Positions 59,411-64,000 of a stretch of DNA of 64,000 bases are shown one piece after another (positions within the stretch are counted from its first letter, which is position 1; every line of letters begins with the position of its first letter). The DNA comes from an uncultured Actinomycetota bacterium. Lineage in GTDB: Bacteria > Actinomycetota > Actinomycetes > JAFAQI01. The stretch is taken from assembly GCA_963770565.1 (NCBI GenBank), contig CAVYQE010000001.1, positions 1,531,663 to 1,595,662 on the forward strand. Direction: 5' to 3'. Position numbers and translations under genes: made by a program. The notes beneath the pieces are model-generated. The model worked only from the letters and a program-made list of their open reading frames with translations, searched no databases and was not told the DNA's origin.

Positions 59411-60307
59411 ATGACCGAGTGGGACGGGCGTGGACTGCCGCCGGCGGCGCAGGCACGGGTCGATCGTGCGAGCACTGACGGCGTCCGGTCCTCGCTGCTG
59501 TCGATCCGTGGTCAGGCCGGCGTGCACAGCGTCGGCTTCGATCCGGTCGGCGAGGTCATGGGCTGCATCGTCGAGCAGATCGGCTGGGCCGGCTGGGGCG
59601 GCTGTGGGGTCTACTACGGCGGCGGGCTCGGCGGCTTCGCGATGGGCGGCCCCACGGTGACGTCGGGCGCCGGCGGTTACGCGGGTTTCGCGCCGTACGT
59701 CGATGCCCTCTACCGCGGGTTCGACACCGCGATGTACCGGATGATGCTCGAGGCGCACGCCCTCGGCGCGGACGGTGTCGTCGGGGTCAAGTGGTCGCGC
59801 GAGCGGCTGCTGGAGATGGGCGGCGCGCAGGAGTTCATGGTTCGAGGCACCGCGGTGCGAGCCCGGTCGACCGCCCGGCCCGCGCATCTGTTCTCGACCG
59901 ACCTGAGCGGTGGGGACGTTGCCAAGCTGATGCATGCCGGCTGGGCGCCGACCGAGCTGGTCTGGGGTTTCTCGGTCGCGATCCGGCACGACGACTACAT
60001 GACCCGGATGGCCGCGGTGCCGTGGTCGACGCAGAACATCGAGATCCCCGGCTACACCGAGCTGGTCAGCTATGCGCGCGCCGACTCCAGAGCCAGGTTC
60101 GAGGAGCGCGCAGCCCGGCTGGGCAGCGACGCGGCGACGATCAGCGACATGTCGCTGCACGTCCGCGAGATCGAGCCGGGCGAGGGTCACCGCGACCACA
60201 TTGCCGAGGCGATGGTCGTCGGCAACTCGCTGGTGAGGTTCCACAAGGGAAGCCGGGCACCGACCGAGAGCCACGTCGTACTTCCGCTACGAAGGAGCAC
60301 CCTGTGA
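59411..60307 (+). CDS. YbjQ-like (heavy-metal-binding domain) protein, two domains
   Basis: 'RMMLEAHALGADGVVGV', 'EFMVRGTAVR', 'FSTDLSG'. Confidence 0.75.
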   Translation: MTEWDGRGLPPAAQARVDRASTDGVRSSLLSIRGQAGVHSVGFDPVGEVMGCIVEQIGWAGWGGCGVYYGGGLGGFAMGGPTVTSGAGGYAGFAPYVDALYRGFDTAMYRMMLEAHALGADGVVGVKWSRERLLEMGGAQEFMVRGTAVRARSTARPAHLFSTDLSGGDVAKLMHAGWAPTELVWGFSVAIRHDDYMTRMAAVPWSTQNIEIPGYTELVSYARADSRARFEERAARLGSDAATISDMSLHVREIEPGEGHRDHIAEAMVVGNSLVRFHKGSRAPTESHVVLPLRRSTL

Positions 60308-61134
60308 CCGAAGACCCCAGCCAGCTCGGGCTGCCCGAGGATGCGATGCGCCGGCTGGCGGAGATGCGGCCCGGCCAGGCGACGTCGATGTTCACCTCGG
60401 ACCTGTCGGTCAACGAGTTCCTCCTGGTTCGCGAGGCGGGGTTCCGGCCGCTGGGTCTGGTGCTCGGCTCGTCGATCTACCACGTCGGCTTCCAGCGCGG
60501 CCGGTGGAGCCAGAACCAGGAGCTCGGGACGCTCACGCAGGCGATGTATCAGGCCCGCGAGCTGGCGATGTCCCGGATGGAAGCCGAAGCGGATGTGCTC
60601 GGCGCGGACGGCATCGTCGGGGTCCGGCTGGAGATCGAGTTCAAGGAGTTCGGCGAGGACCTCGCCGAGTTCATCGCGGTCGGCACCGCGGTGAAGGCCG
60701 ACGCCCCACCCCCGACCGGCGACGGCTGGCGCAACAACACCGGCAAGCCGTTCACCTCCGACCTGTCCGGCCAGGATTTCTGGACCCTGCTCGAGGCCGG
60801 CTATGCGCCGCTGGGGATGGTCATGGGCTCGTGCGTCTACCACATCGCGCACCAGGGGATGATGAAGTCGCTCGGCAACATCGGCCAGAACGTCGAGATC
60901 CCGAAGTTCACCGAAGCCCTGTACGACGCGCGAGAGCTGGCGATGTCGCGGATGCAGGCCGAGGCAGAGGCACTGACCGCGGAGGGCATCGTCGGCGTAC
61001 AGCTGCTGTCGCTGCCGCACCGCTGGGGCGGGCACACCACCGAGTTCTTCGCGATCGGCACCGCAGTGCGGCCGCTGCGCGAGGACCACGTGATCGACCG
61101 CCCGCAACTCGTCCTGCCCCTCACTGACGGCTGA
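60304..61134 (+). CDS. YbjQ-like (heavy-metal-binding domain) protein, internally duplicated
   Basis: Two copies of 'FTSDLS..F..L..AG..PLG.V.GS..YH' and 'Y.ARELAMSRM.AEA..L.A.GIVGV', 'EF.A.GTAV'. Confidence 0.82.
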   Translation: MTEDPSQLGLPEDAMRRLAEMRPGQATSMFTSDLSVNEFLLVREAGFRPLGLVLGSSIYHVGFQRGRWSQNQELGTLTQAMYQARELAMSRMEAEADVLGADGIVGVRLEIEFKEFGEDLAEFIAVGTAVKADAPPPTGDGWRNNTGKPFTSDLSGQDFWTLLEAGYAPLGMVMGSCVYHIAHQGMMKSLGNIGQNVEIPKFTEALYDARELAMSRMQAEAEALTAEGIVGVQLLSLPHRWGGHTTEFFAIGTAVRPLREDHVIDRPQLVLPLTDG

Positions 61135-61141
61135 GCGACCG

Positions 61142-61564
61142 GTGAGCGAGCCGACCCCGAACCCGGCGCCTGAGGACGTCGACGCCCTCGCCGCTGCGTT
61201 GCGCGCCGACAGTGCCGACCTCGAGGTCTACGCGCGGGTGCTGACCACGTCGCTGGCGGATGCGCTGCCGGCCGAGATGGTCGAGGTCGTGCGCGACCAG
61301 TCGATGAGGGACCGGCTGGCCGGCCGGGCAGGTGAGGTCCGGACCCTCAGGGTGAACCTGGGCGAAGTGACCCTCGAGCTCAGCCGCGGCAAGTCCGGGA
61401 CACCGGTCGCCCGCGCGGCTCGGGAGGTGCGTGGGGTGATCATTTCCAGCCGGGAGGTCAGCGTTGAGGAGTGGACCCGGATGCTCGCCGACCGGCTCGC
61501 CGTCATCGCGCGGGACTCCGCGACCGCGCGTGCTGCGCTCAGCCGGCTGCTTGGAGCCGGCTGA
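61142..61564 (+). CDS. Hypothetical protein, third gene of the YbjQ-like operon
   Basis: 140-aa ORF with GC-biased codon usage, 7 bp after the previous stop. Confidence 0.7.
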   Translation: MSEPTPNPAPEDVDALAAALRADSADLEVYARVLTTSLADALPAEMVEVVRDQSMRDRLAGRAGEVRTLRVNLGEVTLELSRGKSGTPVARAAREVRGVIISSREVSVEEWTRMLADRLAVIARDSATARAALSRLLGAG

Positions 61565-61594
61565 GCGTGATTCCGGCGCGATCCGGATAAGGTT

Positions 61595-61930
61595 TTGGCC
61601 GGACTTGCCGAGGACAACGATGTGGGCGATGTCTTGGGTCCCGAGGAGGACTCCGAACTTCGGCGGCTCCACCTGCTGAAGAGCTTCGGCATGGTGGCCG
61701 GCAATGTCACCTCGCGCTACGAAGCGCTACGCCACCGCGACCGCCGCCATGGCGTCCGTGACCCCGACGACGCGACCGTCGCCGCGCCGGTCGAGAAGGT
61801 CGACTGGCGGGCCCCGAAACCCGCGAACCGGCAGCCGAGCTCAAACCCGCAGCCCGTCGTAACGGACACCCGTGAGATCTTCGCTAGCGCTCCACAGCCG
61901 CGCCGCGGTCGCGGCATCTTTCGACGCTGA
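61595..61930 (+). CDS. Small hypothetical protein
   Basis: 'EEDSELRRLH...YEALRHRDRR..VRDP' reads as protein-like; 3' 90 bp overlap the SDR gene. Confidence 0.5.
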   Translation: MAGLAEDNDVGDVLGPEEDSELRRLHLLKSFGMVAGNVTSRYEALRHRDRRHGVRDPDDATVAAPVEKVDWRAPKPANRQPSSNPQPVVTDTREIFASAPQPRRGRGIFRR

Positions 61931-62767
61931 GGTCGAGTCGACCCGCTTCGGATAGCCGCGGTTCTCCCCGATCCCGTTCGGCCCGAAGTAGTCGCCACCC
62001 CGGACGTCCGGCGCGGTCGCGGCATAGAGCTGCGGCAGCGCCCCCTTCGCGTCGGACTGGCCGATGATCCGGATGCCGATGGTCATGACCGCCGCCTTGA
62101 GCGGGTTGCCGGCACCGGGCTTGACCAGGTTGGTGGCCGCCGTACCGGGATGGGCCGCGACGCTGATCAGCCCGGCGTCGATCGCCGCGAGCCGCCGCTG
62201 CAGCTCGAAGGCGAAGAGCAGGTTGGCGAGCTTGGAGTCCGAGTAGACCTTCCAGCGGTGGTAGCTGTGCTCGTGCATGAGGTCGTCGAAGTTGATCCCG
62301 CCCGGCCGGTGCGCGGTGCTGCTGACCGTGACGACCCGGGCGTCGGGCTGGTTGATCAGCTGAGTGAGCAAGAGCCCGGTCAGGGCGAAGTGGCCGAGGT
62401 GGTTCGTGCCGAACTGCATCTCGAAGCCGTCGGCGGTCTCGCGGCGGGGGATCGCCATGACCCCGGCGTTGTTGATCAGCAGGTCCAGCGCCGGGTAGGC
62501 CGCATGCACGGCGTCGGCGAAGGTACGGATGCTGTCCAGGCTGGCCAGGTCGAGGGCTCGCAGCTCGACGTCCGCGGCCGGCACCTCGGCGATCAGCCGG
62601 GCGATCGCCTCGCGGCCACGGACCTCGTCGCGACAGGCGAGTACGACGCGAGCGCCGTGCCGGGCCAGCTCGCGGGAGGTGACGTAGCCGAGGCCGCTGT
62701 TCGCGCCCGTGACGACCGCAACGCGTCCGGACTGATCAGGGATGTCAAGAGCCGTCCAGCGGGCCAT
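61841..62767 (-). CDS. Short-chain dehydrogenase/reductase (retinol dehydrogenase-like)
   Basis: 'VVTGANSGLG', 'LINNAGVM', 'FGTNHLGHF', 'YSDSKLAN'. Confidence 0.95.
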   Translation of the reverse strand: MARWTALDIPDQSGRVAVVTGANSGLGYVTSRELARHGARVVLACRDEVRGREAIARLIAEVPAADVELRALDLASLDSIRTFADAVHAAYPALDLLINNAGVMAIPRRETADGFEMQFGTNHLGHFALTGLLLTQLINQPDARVVTVSSTAHRPGGINFDDLMHEHSYHRWKVYSDSKLANLLFAFELQRRLAAIDAGLISVAAHPGTAATNLVKPGAGNPLKAAVMTIGIRIIGQSDAKGALPQLYAATAPDVRGGDYFGPNGIGENRGYPKRVDSTSASKDAATAARLWSASEDLTGVRYDGLRV

Positions 62768-62799
62768 TGGCACATCGTGCCATGGTGCAGATGGCGGAT

Positions 62800-62825
62800 G
62801 GAATGTTCCGCTCGTGCGCTACGTT
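62800..62825 (+). promoter_or_regulatory. SigR/SigH-type promoter GGAAT-N18-GTT
   Basis: ggaat 62800-62804, 18-nt spacer, gtt 62823-62825; points into non-coding DNA. Confidence 0.6.
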
Positions 62826-62830
62826 CATTG

Positions 62831-62968
62831 GCAGAACGTCGAGAGACGTTCGCCGGCTCGATCCATGGCCCCCGGTCCCAACCTTTGTCGCCTTGAGCGA
62901 ATCTGTGCCGAGAGGTAGACCTGGCGGGTCGGCGCGCGGAGCCCCGGACGTCCAGGTCCGGGGTTTTC
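62831..62968 (+). ncRNA. Candidate structured small RNA (~135 nt)
   Basis: Promoter upstream, GAGA-capped hairpins, a 10-bp long-range helix and a + strand intrinsic terminator, between two minus-strand genes. Confidence 0.55.
62942..62968 (+). terminator. Intrinsic terminator
   Basis: CCCCGGAC-gtccag-GTCCGGGG followed by TTTTC. Confidence 0.7.
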
Positions 62969-62992
62969 GTGTGTCCGGGGCGACGTGCGGCG

Positions 62993-63457
62993 CTATCCGC
63001 CCGCGGTGACCGGCTTGGCGAAGTAGACCCGGTCGAAGCCATCGGCGCTCGCCCGGTGGGTCTCGCGGTAGCCGTGCCTGGGGTAGTAGGCGAGGTTCTC
63101 GGTCATCGCCGCGTTCGTGTAGAGGCGCACCTCCGGCAGGCTGCCGGCGGCGGGCCTCGTCGTCGGCGAACCCGAGCAGGAGTGTGCCCACGCCTTGTCC
63201 CTGGGCCGCCGGCGAGACAGCAATGTTCTCGAGCAGGAGGTGGTCCGCTTCGGGTTCCAGGACCAGGACGCCGACGAGCTCGGGCCCGCGCAGCGCCACC
63301 CAGCCATGACCGCGCGCGACGATCGTCCCGTAGTCGGCCGTCATCGGTGCCGGTTCGCGGCCGATCCGATGGACGATACCGCGTACGCCGCCCGGACGAG
63401 AGCCGCGATCGCAGGCACATCGCTCGGCTCGGCCGGCCGGATGAGCAGGTCGATCAC
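62993..63457 (-). CDS. GNAT acetyltransferase with two frameshifts (~63377, ~63150)
   Basis: 'IRPAEPSDVPAIAALVRAAY' / 'PAPMTADY..LLENIAVSPAAQGQGVG' / 'VRLYTNAAMTENLAYYPRHGY' in three successive frame segments. Confidence 0.78.
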
Positions 63458-63475
63458 GAAGCTCAGTGTGACCGC

Positions 63476-63919
63476 CTAGCGATGCCGGGTCGCCCGGCAG
63501 GCGAATTCGACGATCCGTCGAAGCCGCGGGTCGGCCGGGTAGGCGTGCCCGGCGCGGATCACCGCGAACTCGTCCTGCGGTGCGGGCGGTGCGCCGGTAT
63601 TGGTGGTGATGAACAGCCAGCGACCGACCACCCGGATGAAGACCGTCGACGGGATATCGACGACGAGATTGCCGGCTGGCCGGCCATACGTCATCGCCGT
63701 TGCCGAGCCGTCAGTTCCCCAGCCGTGGCCCGGGTCGAGGAACTGCGCGGGCAGGATGCAGACACCTCCGTGATGCGACGGCGAGGTCCTCCCGAAAGCC
63801 TCGCTCGTCGCGGCCGGAATGGTCCCGATCGGTGCCGCGGTCGCCGCTTCGACGCCTGCGCCGGCAAGTGCCGCGGCGGCGAGGAGTGCAAGCGCCGTAC
63901 GGCGAACGATCTGTCCCAC
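63476..63919 (-). CDS. Hypothetical secreted protein
   Basis: 'RRTALALLAAAALAG..EA' signal peptide, 147 aa. Confidence 0.55.
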   Translation of the reverse strand: MGQIVRRTALALLAAAALAGAGVEAATAAPIGTIPAATSEAFGRTSPSHHGGVCILPAQFLDPGHGWGTDGSATAMTYGRPAGNLVVDIPSTVFIRVVGRWLFITTNTGAPPAPQDEFAVIRAGHAYPADPRLRRIVEFACRATRHR

Positions 63920-64000
63920 CGTTGAGTTGTCGGCTGAAGACCGGACATACCGAAGTCAAACGGGCCGAACAGATGCATTTGCGTCAACGGTCAGGCGAGG

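Noticed and set aside
57896-60274. 792-aa minus-strand ORF and similar long alternative-frame ORFs throughout the window
   Set aside because: Expected stop-poor shadow frames in high-GC DNA, overlapping well-supported genes

Overview
High-GC actinobacterial chromosomal segment; RbpA, a mycothiol-dependent MDMPI protein, a DUF222-HNH gene, many leaderless starts and actinobacterial promoter motifs support the assignment. It holds about 65 genes and no rRNA, tRNA, CRISPR array or integrase that I could recognise. Housekeeping and metabolic genes include dusB, maf, xth, typA, an adenosine deaminase, an AlkB-family enzyme, an M20 amidohydrolase, an ALDH and a polar amino-acid ABC transporter. Main points: (1) a probable chitosan/glucosamine-oligomer regulon. 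A CsnR-like ROK repressor sits beside an Opp-type ABC, GH4, two kinases and an SIS operon (31.3-42.5 kb), and a matching AGGAAACTTTCCT operator links it to a divergent GH9 / PIG-L deacetylase pair at 20.4-23.2 kb. An ~8 kb accessory block (DUF222-HNH, arr with a rifamycin-associated element, PadR, ArsR-MFS, GNAT) separates the two halves. (2) A candidate unannotated structured sRNA (~62831-62968) with a SigR/SigH-type promoter and its own terminator. (3) Two families of palindromic repeats, both with a 31-bp period; one punctuates a cassette-like run of accessory genes. (4) A shared PafBC-type (RecA-NDp) leaderless promoter at the HNH, alkB and xth genes. Several genes (ECF sigma, two GNATs, typA) carry indels that are most likely consensus or sequencing errors. 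All family assignments come from motif recognition, not database searches.
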